Of a stretch of 64,000 bases of DNA, positions 26,546 through 35,800 are shown in pieces (position 1 is the stretch's first letter; each line of letters opens with the position of its first letter). Source of the stretch: Chloroflexota bacterium (GTDB lineage Bacteria; Chloroflexota; Dehalococcoidia; Lucifugimonadales; JACPCL1); contig JACPCL010000036.1 of the NCBI GenBank assembly GCA_016179765.1, positions 13,916 through 77,915 of the forward strand. The letters are read 5' to 3'. Both the position numbers and the translations under genes were made by a program. Under the pieces are notes generated by a model. The model was not told the DNA's origin. It did no database searches and saw nothing but the letters and a program-made list of their open reading frames with translations.

Positions 26546-27985
26546 TTACGCGTCAAAGTACAGGTAGAACTCGTAGGGGTGGGGGCGCAGGCGGACGGGG
26601 TCCAGCTCTCGCGTCCGCTTGTACTCCAGGTAGGTGTCAATGAGGTCCCTGGTGAAGACATCGCCGCGCAGGAGGAAGTCGTGGTCCTTCTCCAGGGCGT
26701 CCAGGGACTCGCCCAGGCTGCCGGGCACCTGCTTCACCCTCCTGGCCTCCTCTGCGGACATCTCGTAGATGTTCACGTCTAGGGGCTCGCCGGGGTCAAT
26801 CTTATTCAGGATGCCATCAATGCCGGCCATGAGCATGGCGGCAAAGGCCAGGTATGGGTTGCAGGTGGGGTCTGGGCAGCGAAACTCCACGCGCTTGGAC
26901 GCCGGCGTGTCAAAGTACATGGGGATGCGGGCGCAGGCGCTGCGGTTGCGGGCGGAGTAGGCCAGGTTGACAGGCGCCTCGTAGCCCGGCACCAGGCGGC
27001 GATAGGAGTTGGTGGTGGGTGCGCAGAGGCCCAGGAGCGCCGGGGCATGCAAAAGCAGGCCGCCAATGTAGTGCTTCATTATGTCACTCATGTTGGCGTA
27101 GCCCTGTCCATAGAACAGGGGCGTGCCCCCCTTCCAGATGCTCTGGTGGGTGTGCATGCCCGTGCCGTTGTCGCCAAAGAGGGGCTTCGGCATAAAGGTG
27201 GCCACCTTGCCGTGCTTCCGGGCGACGTTGCGCAGGGCGTACTTGAACATCATCACGTTGTCAGCCATCTTCACCAGGGAGTCGTACCGCATGTCAATCT
27301 CGCCCTGGCCGGCGGTAGCCACCTCGTGGTGGTGCTTTTCAATGGTGATGCCAAAGTCCTGCATCATCAGCACGGCCTCGGAGCGGATGTCCCCCTGGGT
27401 GTCCGTGGGTGGCGATGGGAAGTAGCCCTCCTTGTAGCGGGGGCGATAGGCCAGGTTCCGGCCGCCCAGCAGAGAGCTGTCCCGGCCGGAGTTCCAGACG
27501 CCTTCGTCGGAGTCAATATAGTAGTAGCCGCTGTTGACGGTCTGGTCAAAGCGGGCGGAGTCAAAGATGAAGAACTCCAGCTCGGGGCCCCAGTAGCTGG
27601 TGTCGCCGATGCCAGAGGACTTCAGAAAGGCCTCCGCCTTCCGGGCGATCCAGCGGGGGTCACGGGAGTAGCTACCACCGGTCGCCGGGTCGCGAACATC
27701 ACAAATAACGCTCAGGGTGGGGATCTCAAAGACCGGGTCTACCACGGCGGTGGTGGAATCGGGTATCAGGAGCATATCGCTCTCCTGGATGGCCTGAAAG
27801 CCCCGGATGCTGGAGCCGTCAAACCCCGTGCCTTTCTCAAAGACTTCCATGTTCAGCTCGCCGATGGGGATGGCAACGTGCTGCATGGTGCCGGGGATAT
27901 CAATAAACTTGAGGTCAACCATCTGGATACCCCTGTCTTTGCACAACTGTAGTACCTGGGCCGGTGTGAGATTTCTGCCCGCCAT
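26546..27985 (-). CDS. glnA: glutamine synthetase, type I
   Basis: [25 protein letters not shown] and [13 protein letters not shown] motifs. 479 aa. Confidence 0.95.
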   Translation of the reverse strand: MAGRNLTPAQVLQLCKDRGIQMVDLKFIDIPGTMQHVAIPIGELNMEVFEKGTGFDGSSIRGFQAIQESDMLLIPDSTTAVVDPVFEIPTLSVICDVRDPATGGSYSRDPRWIARKAEAFLKSSGIGDTSYWGPELEFFIFDSARFDQTVNSGYYYIDSDEGVWNSGRDSSLLGGRNLAYRPRYKEGYFPSPPTDTQGDIRSEAVLMMQDFGITIEKHHHEVATAGQGEIDMRYDSLVKMADNVMMFKYALRNVARKHGKVATFMPKPLFGDNGTGMHTHQSIWKGGTPLFYGQGYANMSDIMKHYIGGLLLHAPALLGLCAPTTNSYRRLVPGYEAPVNLAYSARNRSACARIPMYFDTPASKRVEFRCPDPTCNPYLAFAAMLMAGIDGILNKIDPGEPLDVNIYEMSAEEARRVKQVPGSLGESLDALEKDHDFLLRGDVFTRDLIDTYLEYKRTRELDPVRLRPHPYEFYLYFDA

Positions 27986-28204
27986 GGCGACGGACTCCTT
28001 TCCTTGTGTTGTCTTTCACAAACTGTGTCAGTGTCAACGAAACGGGCCCCCGTGGTCAAGGGCTCAGGCCTGGGGTTCCACCCTTCCGCCTGCCCTCACA
28101 ACCCTCAAGGGCAGGCACAGAGCCGTCCCTTGCCAGTGGCCCCGGCGTCAATGACGCAACCTGTATAGGTTACCTTCATTCTGACGAAGGCGTGTAGCCT
28201 GGAT

Positions 28205-28231
28205 GTTGCCCTTTTGTTACATCTTTGTTAC
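28205..28231 (-). promoter_or_regulatory. three 11-bp-spaced direct repeats GTAAC/GTAAC/GCAAC upstream of glnA
   Basis: The glnA-sense strand reads GTAAC-aaagat-GTAAC-aaaagg-GCAAC. The repeats lie about 220-246 nt upstream of the glnA ATG. Confidence 0.4.
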
Positions 28232-28269
28232 ATGACAATATGTTCCCTCTCTCGCCCTCCTTCGGCAGG

Positions 28270-28445
28270 CTTAGCAGGCTGCGGAAGAAAGGGGAGTCCA
28301 GAGGGGCGAAGCCCCGGAGCCTGCCATGAACGTAGCCGAAGGGACGGGGGTCTGGGGGTGTCCCCCAGATACAAATCCATCCGCCGCAGGCGGATACCTT
28401 GAACCCCTCGAGGGGGTTTGGGGGTGTTTTTCAGCGCCCTGTTAG
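28270..28445. repeat. Rep-B complete copy (reference copy)
   Basis: CTTAGCAGGCTGCGGAAGAAAGGGGAGTCCAGAGGGGCGAAGCCCC...GGGGGTCTGGGGGTGTCCCCCAGATACAAATCCATCCGCCGCAGGCGGATACCTTGAACCCCTCGAGGGGGTTTGGGGGTGTTTTTCAGCGCCCTGTTAG. Confidence 0.9.
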
Positions 28446-28563
28446 AACGGAGAGAAGGAGGAGACCCCAGACCCTCACCAAATGGGCAAATGCCCCCTCT
28501 GGACGCTCTTTTTGTGCGGCCTGCTCGGGAGAGTCAAAGGGGCTGTTCCTATCATAGCAGGGC

Positions 28564-29949
28564 CTACAGCACGCTCTCCGGGGATGCCGCCTGGCGCTCC
28601 ATCTGGGCCTGTAACCCAGCAAGGCCGGGGCTAAGGCCCACCGGGTACTGGGGAGCCTCGCGCAGCGCCTTGTAACGCTCAGGCAGGCGCGCAAACTCCC
28701 CTCGGAAGCGTCCGCGTATCTCTTCCAGTGCAGGCGTCTGGTCCAGGAGGCGTCCCCCCTCCATGACTTTTTCCAGGAGCGGCTCGCCTGCCGGGGTTCC
28801 GACGAGTCGGGACTCCCCCCGCAGGGCGATGGTGTCTTCCAGGAAGGCACCGCCTGGGTCCGAGCGGCGGTAGACCTGTTTTTCGCCTGCCAGGGAGACC
28901 TTGCCGCTGCTGAGCTTCAGGACCGGGCGGCCCCCGTACTTCACGAGCTTGTACGCAATGTCCATGTATGGGGCGTCGGCGGAGACCCCCATGCGCGTGC
29001 CCACACCAAAGCCGTCAATGGACGCCCCGGCGGCAAGAAGCGCCTCTATTTGGTATTCGTCCAGGCCGCCGCTGGCGAAGACCTCTACGTAGGCCAGGCC
29101 AGCCTCGTCCAGCACCTGGCGCACGTCCTGGCTCAGGGCCAGCAGGTCGCCGCTGTCCAGGCGCACGGCTCGCAGGCGGTGTCCCGCGCCCTCCATCTCC
29201 CTGGCGACGGCTGCCGCTTTGCGGGCGCCCGCGACGGTGTCGTAGGTGTCAATCAGAAAGGTGGAGGTGTCCGGGAAGGTGCGGGCGTAGGCGCGGAAGG
29301 CCGCAATCTCCTCTGGGAAGCTGGAGACGTAGGAGTGGGCCATGGTGCCGGCGATGGGGATGCCGTACCGCTTGCCCGCCAGGACGTTGCTGGTGGAGTC
29401 AAAGCCCGCCAGGTATGAGGAGCGGGCCGCCTTTATGCCGGCGTCGGCGCCGTGGGTGCGGCGCAGGCCGAAGTCCACCAGGCGCCGTCCCTGGGCGGCC
29501 CACACGCAACGGGCGGCCTTGGTGGCGACCATCGTCTGCAGGTGCACCTGGTTGATGACGAAGGTCTCTACAATCTGTGCTTCAGGGATGGGCGCGGTGA
29601 CCTCAAGCAAGGGTTCGTTAGGGAAGACCAGCCGCCCCTCTGGGATGGCCCACACCTCGCCGGTGAAGCGGAAGGAGGCCAGGGTGTCCAGGAAGTCGCC
29701 CCCGAAGATGCCCGTGGAGCGCAGGTAGTCCACGTCGGCGGGGGAGAAGCGCAGGCCCTCCAGGTAGCGGAGCACATCTTGCAGGCCCGCGGCCACCAGG
29801 TAGGAGCGGCCCGGAGGCAGCGTGCGGGTGAAGAGGCTGAAGGTGGCCTGGCTGGACATGCCCTCCCGCAGGTAGCTCTGGGCCATGGTCAGCTCGTACA
29901 GGTCGGTGAGGAGTCCCAACGAAGTTGGGACTCCTCCGTCAGCCGTCAT
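28564..29949 (-). CDS. pncB: nicotinate phosphoribosyltransferase
   Basis: LLTDLYELTMAQSYL N-terminus and the GTMAHS motif. Confidence 0.9.
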   Translation of the reverse strand: MTADGGVPTSLGLLTDLYELTMAQSYLREGMSSQATFSLFTRTLPPGRSYLVAAGLQDVLRYLEGLRFSPADVDYLRSTGIFGGDFLDTLASFRFTGEVWAIPEGRLVFPNEPLLEVTAPIPEAQIVETFVINQVHLQTMVATKAARCVWAAQGRRLVDFGLRRTHGADAGIKAARSSYLAGFDSTSNVLAGKRYGIPIAGTMAHSYVSSFPEEIAAFRAYARTFPDTSTFLIDTYDTVAGARKAAAVAREMEGAGHRLRAVRLDSGDLLALSQDVRQVLDEAGLAYVEVFASGGLDEYQIEALLAAGASIDGFGVGTRMGVSADAPYMDIAYKLVKYGGRPVLKLSSGKVSLAGEKQVYRRSDPGGAFLEDTIALRGESRLVGTPAGEPLLEKVMEGGRLLDQTPALEEIRGRFRGEFARLPERYKALREAPQYPVGLSPGLAGLQAQMERQAASPESVL

Positions 29950-30000
29950 GCCCGTATGCTCCTATTACCCGTTTGCCCGTATGTTCGTATGCCCGTCCCC

Positions 30001-31110
30001 CTACAGCGCCACTTTCTGCCGCCTCCCGGTCTCCGAGGAGTGCTGGACGGCGTCCAGCAGCTTGTGGCGGCGCACGGCGTGGTCAAAGTCCGGCTCCATC
30101 TTGGTGTTGGTGCGGATCGCCTTGGCAAAGTTGACCCACATCTGGCCTACTTCAAAGGCGGAACCGGCCCTCTGCACCTCCTGGGGAACCCACTTCAGGC
30201 GGTCTGGGACGGGGATCTCCTGGAGCTGCCTATCGTCCTTGCGTCCGCCCATGATGCGTAGCTGCTCCCCCGCCGCCCCCCCGCCGCCGCCCCCGGCCAG
30301 GACCAGCGTGCCATCCTTGCCGTAGATCTCCATCCTGTACCCGCTGCCATGGTAGGGATGGACGCCCACGTTGGCGTTGACCACCGCGCCGCCCTCCAGC
30401 CTGCCGCTGATCATGATGTTGTCCGGCGAGGTCACGTCCACGTACCGGTTGGTGTCCGTCTCGTACCACTGCGGAACCTGGGTACTCACCACGCCTGACA
30501 CCTCCGTGATCTCCCCCACGACCATGCATAGCGCGTCAATGGAGTGGCCGAAGCCGATGGTCAGGGTGTTGGCGCCCAGGGAGGCGTCCCGCTGCCAGGT
30601 GCGGTCGGAGGTGCGGTTCAGGACGCCGCCGCCCTGCTGCATCAGGTTGACGGAGAGGACCTGGCCGACGTACCCCTCGGCCACCAGCTCCTTGAGGCGC
30701 AGGTACGTGGGAGAGGCGCGCCGTTGCAGGCCCACCATGGTGTGTACCTTCTTCCTGCGGGCCAGGGCCGCCAGCTCCTTGGTCTCCCTGAGGTTGGCAC
30801 CCAGGGGCCACTCGCAGTAGACGTGCTTGCCCGCCTCCAGTGCGTTCTTGGTCAGGACGTAGTGGGTGGGCACGCGCACCACCACGTCCACCGCCTCAAC
30901 CTGAGGGTTGGCGTCCATGGTCTTGTCGTTGTGGTAGGCCAGCTCCACGCTGTACTTCTGGGCTGCTTCCCGCGCCGTGTTGTCGTGGGCGGTGCAGACG
31001 GCGTACAGCTCCGTCTCCGGCAGCCTCTGTATGGCCGGGATGTGCGCCGACGGCCCCCACCGTCCGGTGGCCCCGATGAGTCCTACCCGCAGGCGATTGG
31101 ATGTGGTCAT
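30001..31110 (-). CDS. Gfo/Idh/MocA-family oxidoreductase
   Basis: N-terminal Rossmann LRVGLIGATGRWG and the CEWPL motif. Confidence 0.85.
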   Translation of the reverse strand: MTTSNRLRVGLIGATGRWGPSAHIPAIQRLPETELYAVCTAHDNTAREAAQKYSVELAYHNDKTMDANPQVEAVDVVVRVPTHYVLTKNALEAGKHVYCEWPLGANLRETKELAALARRKKVHTMVGLQRRASPTYLRLKELVAEGYVGQVLSVNLMQQGGGVLNRTSDRTWQRDASLGANTLTIGFGHSIDALCMVVGEITEVSGVVSTQVPQWYETDTNRYVDVTSPDNIMISGRLEGGAVVNANVGVHPYHGSGYRMEIYGKDGTLVLAGGGGGGAAGEQLRIMGGRKDDRQLQEIPVPDRLKWVPQEVQRAGSAFEVGQMWVNFAKAIRTNTKMEPDFDHAVRRHKLLDAVQHSSETGRRQKVAL

Positions 31111-31182
31111 AGATGTGCCTCCCTCACGAACTTGTAGAAGATGTAGTCCCCCAGACGCTCAGGATGTTCTAGCTTCCGATAG

Positions 31183-31608
31183 CTAAGTTTTCAGCGCTCC
31201 TTTCAGGTACCTAATCAGGTCATCGGGAGTCAGGACGCTGTCAACGATTACCTGTACGGCAGGGTCGCTGACTCGCTCAGATGTCACGACCTTCTTCCCC
31301 TTGCCATGAGCATATCCAGCCTCTATTGCCGTACTCAGGCCCATATAACCGTCCCTTGTTACGATATATAAGATCGCAGAGTGGTCAATCTTGCGGAGAA
31401 ACAGCCTCACCAGGTCCGCTTGCAGGCCGGGAGTTATGGACTCCCAGACCTCGTTGAACTCATAGTCTGGTGCATAGCAGGTCACACCGTGTCCTTCCAG
31501 ATAAGCCTGCACCTGGGCTGCCTCAGCAATAAACTTGAAGCTGGCCGCAAGGGCAACGTCACGATATTCGTTAATCTCATCCAAGCTTCTGGGCCAGGGA
31601 AATGTCAT
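31183..31608 (-). CDS. hypothetical protein, nucleoside 2-deoxyribosyltransferase-like fold suspected
   Basis: ATG 31608 (GGAGGAG upstream) inside track ORF 31183..31680. AILYIVTRDGYMGLSTAIEAGYAHGKGKKVV fits the NDT-like pattern. Lower-GC islet. Confidence 0.35.
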   Translation of the reverse strand: MTFPWPRSLDEINEYRDVALAASFKFIAEAAQVQAYLEGHGVTCYAPDYEFNEVWESITPGLQADLVRLFLRKIDHSAILYIVTRDGYMGLSTAIEAGYAHGKGKKVVTSERVSDPAVQVIVDSVLTPDDLIRYLKGALKT

Positions 31609-31698
31609 GATGACAGAACTCCTCCTGACCGGAGTCTTACTCCTCCTCCAGCGTGCTCGTATCGCCCTCCGGCAGGCCAAGATCGCGGGCCTTCAGAC

Positions 31699-31769
31699 CT
31701 CTCCGTGCGGAAAGGGAGAGCGATTCTCCCCCTTCCCGCACGGGAAGGGGGAGCCAGAGGGGATTAGGT
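31699..31769. repeat. Rep-A palindromic repeat (two hairpins plus GGGGATTAGGT tail)
   Basis: CTCTCCGTGCGGAAAGGGAGAG..CTCCCCCTTCCCGCACGGGAAGGGGGAGCCAGAGGGGATTAGGT. Confidence 0.8.
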
Positions 31770-31925
31770 CGTCTCCCTTGCCTTGCCTAGAATCTGCATC
31801 AATACCGCCGGCAGGTCTGTTTGCACCGCTTTATTCTGCTGCTGCCGCGTCCATTAGCTCACCGTTAGCTATATTACGCTCGCAAACATCCCTCTCACCC
31901 ATCACGTCGCGTGGCCCGACCGCCT

Positions 31926-32436
31926 TCATCTCACGTCCTCTTTCACGGGGAAACCCAGCCGCCGCCGAGGGGGGTCTGGCGGGGTCATAAGCTGCCGGAT
32001 AGCGTCAAACACTACTTTGAACTGCTGGTCATATTTCTTCTCTAGCTCGTCTAGCCTCTTTGATAGCTCTGCATTGGAGGCAACCAACTGGCGCAGTCGC
32101 ACAAAGGCCCGCATGATCTCAATGTTTACCTGCACCGCCCAAGCGCTCCGCAGGACACTGGAAAGCATGGCCACGCCTTGCTCGGTGAAGGGTAGGCGGA
32201 TAGCGCTTCCCGCCCCTCCCTTCGTTTGAGGTCACAATTTGTGACCTCAAACGGCTGAACTCTTCCTTGGTAAGTCGGAACATGAAGTCTTCGGGGAATC
32301 GGCCCTTGTTCCGCCCCACGGCTTGAACCAGCGCTCTCGTTTCCACGCCATAGAGTTCTGCCAAGTCGCTATCCAGCATAACTCGCTGGCTACGTATAGA
32401 GATGATTGCGCGTTCAATGCGTTCAGACGGGATCAT
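31926..32436 (-). pseudogene. ORF6N-domain protein, frameshifted
   Basis: Track ORFs 32119..32436 and 31926..32174 together give the ORF6N pattern ([46 protein letters not shown] then [29 protein letters not shown]). A 1-nt frame change lies near 32180-32195. Confidence 0.7.
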
Positions 32437-32542
32437 TGTCCAACTTTCTTCCGCTGCCTACTACTTACGCCTGGCGTTTGTCTGCATTTCAATCCCCTGC
32501 CAATTTTAGGCTAATGATGGCTTCCCTCATCGCACCCTCCTC

Positions 32543-32582
32543 TTTCTCCCCTTCCCTTTAAGGAAGGGGCAGGGGATTGGGT
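32543..32582. repeat. Rep-A palindromic repeat
   Basis: TTTCTCCCCTTCCCTTTAAGGAAGGGGCAGGGGATTGGGT, same orientation as 31699-31769. Abuts the acsA stop codon. Confidence 0.75.
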
Positions 32583-34182
32583 TACTCCTCCTCCAGGGTG
32601 CTGGTGTCGCCCTCTGGCAGGCCAAGCTCCCGCGCCTTGAGCAGGCGGCGCATAATCTTGCCGCTGCGCGTCTTGGGCAGCGTCTTCACGAAGTCTATCT
32701 CGCGCGGGGCCACCATCGCCGACAGCTTCTGCCGGGAGAAGCGCAGCAGCTCCTGGCGGAGCTGGTCCGTCGGCTCGTAGCCGTCCTTCAGCGCCACGAA
32801 TGCCTTCACGACCTCCATGGCGATAGGGTCCGGCTTGCCAATGACCCCCGCCTCGGCGACGGCGGGGTGCTCAATCAGGGCGCTTTCCACCTCAAAGGGG
32901 CCGACCAAGTGGCCGGCGGTGTTGATGACGTCGTCGGCGCGGCCCACGAACCAGAAGAAGCCGTCCTCGTCCACGCGGGCCTCGTCGCCGGTGATGTACC
33001 ACCCCTTCTTGAACTTGGAGTTGTACATATCGGCGTTATTCCAGTGGCGATGAGGATGGCCCCTGTCTCGGTCTGCCACCAGTTGTCATGGATGGGCTGC
33101 TTGAAGGCCTCCAGCCCCCAGACGATGGCCTCGGGGTTCAGCGGCTCCCCCACGCTGTTGATGTAGCGCAGGCTGGAGAGGTCGTACTGGGAGGTCACCC
33201 GGGTGCCGCCGCGCATCAGCATACGGATGGCCGTGGGCGCGGTGTACCACACCGTGACCTTGTGCTTCTGAATCAGCTCGTACCAGGTGGTAGCCCTGAT
33301 CCCCCCCTCGTAGATAAGCTGGGTAACGCCGTTGCTCCAGGGGGCCAGCATCCCATAGGAGGTGCCGGTGACCCAGCCGGGGTCCGCGGTGCACCAGTAG
33401 ATGTCGTTGGGGTGCAGGTCCAGCACCCACTTGCCCGTCACGTACTGCTGGACGATAGCCATGTGGCGGTGCACCGCGCCCTTGGGCTTGCCCGTGGTGC
33501 CCGAGGTGTAGTGCATGATGGAGTAGTCGTACATGGAGGTGTTGTCCACCTTAAAGTCGGGCGAGGCTCTTGCCATCAACTCTTCATAGCGCAGATCGGT
33601 GGCAGCGATGGGCGTCTTGTCCCGCCCCAGCTTGTTCACGATGACGATGTGCTTCAGCTCCGGCAGGTCCTTGAAGATATGTGCGATGCGACCCCGCAGC
33701 TCCGGCGAGGTCACCAGGACCTTGGCCCCGCTGTCCAGCAGGCGGTCGCGCACCGGGTCGGGGCCGAAGGCGGAGAAGAGCGGCCCGGCGATGGCCCCCG
33801 CCTTCAGGATACCAAAGACGGCGAAGTAGTGCTCCGGGATGCGGTCCAGGAAGGTGAAGACCCGGTCGCCCCGCTGGACGCCCAGGCCCCGCAGCACGTC
33901 GGCGAACCTATTCGTCTCCCGTTTCATATCGGCGAAGGTGTACTGCTCCTGCTCGCCGTTCTTGCCCTCCCAGACCATGGCCCGCTTGCCGGCAAGGGGG
34001 CCGTTGGCGTGGCGGTCAATACACTCGTGGGCCTTGTTCAGGCCGCCGTCGGGTAGCCAGTCTAGCTCGCTGTACACGTCGGTGAACCGGAAGGAGTTGC
34101 GGAGCTTCTGGTAACCCGTGAGGTTTGGCTGCGCCTTCATCCGAGAAGGCGGCGGCTTCTTGGTAGTCTGGTAGGTAGCCAT
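32582..34182 (-). pseudogene. acsA: AcsA-type acetyl-CoA synthetase (AMP-forming) with internal deletion and frameshift
   Basis: Track ORFs 32875..34305 and 32582..33079. The N-part runs colinear to ..[16 protein letters not shown]. The C-part resumes at [30 protein letters not shown] in another frame. ATG 34182 after AGGAGAGG. Confidence 0.8.
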
Positions 34183-34389
34183 CAGACCTCTCCTGGCGTT
34201 GGGTTGCGCGGTAGGCACAAGTCTAGTACGCCTACCTGGGGGAGTCAACGGGCGCGGAAGAGCAACAACTCGGACAAGGCATCGTCCATCCTTTGCTGAT
34301 GGCAACCCGTTGTAGTAGTATTGCTGGCAGCGTCACTCTGTGTTGCGACTTTGCGCGACATTCAACAAAGAGGGTCAGAGATAACAAAA

Positions 34390-35430
34390 ATGAACGCTCC
34401 TGGATTACCTCGTTTTATCTTCCTTGGTGCGAAGCGCCCGGAATTACGTCTAATGGACGACGCAGGCGAGCAACTTCCTTACAGTTTGACCAACATCAAC
34501 GTGTACACTACCTCTGGTGACTTAACAGGAGAGCCTGGTACCCTTAGCTTGGCCAATCTGCTTCGGGGTACAGGGGGAATCATAGGATGGGGGCTAATAG
34601 ACCACTACCGATTGCCAAACTGCTACCTTTGCCTTTCAGGTCGTAGAGTGTGTCCGATGCTTGTCGATAAGGTGGAGGAAACAGCGTATGGCCCAGATAT
34701 TACTAAGGAAGTTGCAGTGCGAAAATTGAGGCTGAAGATGCATGAAAGGCCTCAATTAGAGAAATGTAATACTCTTAAGGTTTTGCTCGAACTTTCCCAA
34801 ACAGGACCCGAGAAACAACTCTTTTCCATGTATTGCGAAGCAGTAATCTCAGGGATAGACCTTAGACAGGTATCAGCCTACGATTTTGAATTTACTGTCC
34901 TTCAAGAGAGTTCCCTTGTGCACCAATACGGCAGCTTGTGGGAAGCGAAACTGCTGAACCTTCCTGCAAGTAGTCGTTCACCATCTGCCCTTACCGCCGC
35001 CATGCTGAATTCACTCGGCCAGCCGGCACTCTTGCCTCAATATTGGCTTGATTGGACCTATGATCCCAAGGCTCCCTCTCATTCCTTGCCCAGACCAACG
35101 CTAGATATGCCAACTAGGATTGACTTTTTTGCTTTTCGGAATGGGAAGCGCATGGCAATTGAAGTAGATGGCCCTGAGCATTATGCCAATTTTGATAGGC
35201 AGAATGGCAAATACGTTCTTAGTGAAGAGGTATATGCCAAAAACCTTAGAATAGATAGATCTATGCGTTTTCAGGGTTGGAAAATACATAGAGTGAGCAA
35301 TTGGGAGGTAAATGCCCAGCCTAACCGGGCATTGGCTGACCTAGCGGATGCCCTGGAATTACCCCTTGAAGGCTGGGGGGTTGAACCATTGCTTCCTGGC
35401 TTGCCAGACATAAGAGACTTGCCGTTTTGA
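34390..35430 (+). CDS. hypothetical protein with C-terminal DUF559/Vsr-like PD-(D/E)xK nuclease domain
   Basis: C-terminus RIDFFAFRNGKRMAIEVDGPEHY...RIDRSMRFQGWKIHRVSNWEV. The N-terminal ~250 aa were not recognised. Clearly lower-GC islet. ATG 34390 preferred to 34321. Confidence 0.55.
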   Translation: MNAPGLPRFIFLGAKRPELRLMDDAGEQLPYSLTNINVYTTSGDLTGEPGTLSLANLLRGTGGIIGWGLIDHYRLPNCYLCLSGRRVCPMLVDKVEETAYGPDITKEVAVRKLRLKMHERPQLEKCNTLKVLLELSQTGPEKQLFSMYCEAVISGIDLRQVSAYDFEFTVLQESSLVHQYGSLWEAKLLNLPASSRSPSALTAAMLNSLGQPALLPQYWLDWTYDPKAPSHSLPRPTLDMPTRIDFFAFRNGKRMAIEVDGPEHYANFDRQNGKYVLSEEVYAKNLRIDRSMRFQGWKIHRVSNWEVNAQPNRALADLADALELPLEGWGVEPLLPGLPDIRDLPF

Positions 35431-35461
35431 ATTGAGAGTTGTCCAAATATCTCCGATTTCA

Positions 35462-35736
35462 TTAGTGGGTCAAGGAATTTCTCAATTCGGCATCCTCTCG
35501 CTTGGCCTCGGCGCGCCGTTCTGCAATGAGCTTATCAGCCAGGCTTACTCCCCGTGAGACATTCTTATATCGCTCCTGTATCTTCGCCCACAATTGGTCC
35601 CGTGTGAGCAACTCTATGTGGCCCTCCTCCAGCAGGAGCAGCAGTTCATCCCCTTCCTTAAGGCCAAGCTCATGCCGCACCGCCGCCGGCAGGACTATGC
35701 CCCCTGGGAGCCTATTTTAACCGATACGTGTGCCAT
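35462..35736 (-). pseudogene. AbrB/MazE/SpoVT-type antitoxin, frameshifted in a G5 run
   Basis: ATG 35736 (GGAGGA upstream) gives MAHVSVKIGSQGA-stop. The next frame continues GIVLPAAVRHELGLKEGDELLLLLEEGHIELL. The shift lies at the C5/G5 run 35700-35704. Confidence 0.55.
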
Positions 35737-35800
35737 AGAAGCGTCCTCCGTGTGCCAACTGCCTCCAGTATGGCACGTATGTCAGAGTTACGCCATATTT

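Noticed and set aside
27986-28204. Possible glutamine (glnA RNA) riboswitch in the glnA leader
   Set aside because: I could not find the conserved ACGGAAGUAGG / AAGGAACGC-type elements as I recall them. Only the upstream direct repeats are reported.
32223-32251. 13-bp-stem inverted repeat GTTTGAGGTCACA-att-TGTGACCTCAAAC inside the ORF6N pseudogene
   Set aside because: It encodes the conserved LRSQIVTS segment of ORF6N domains, so it is probably a coding coincidence. There is no independent evidence for a regulatory role.
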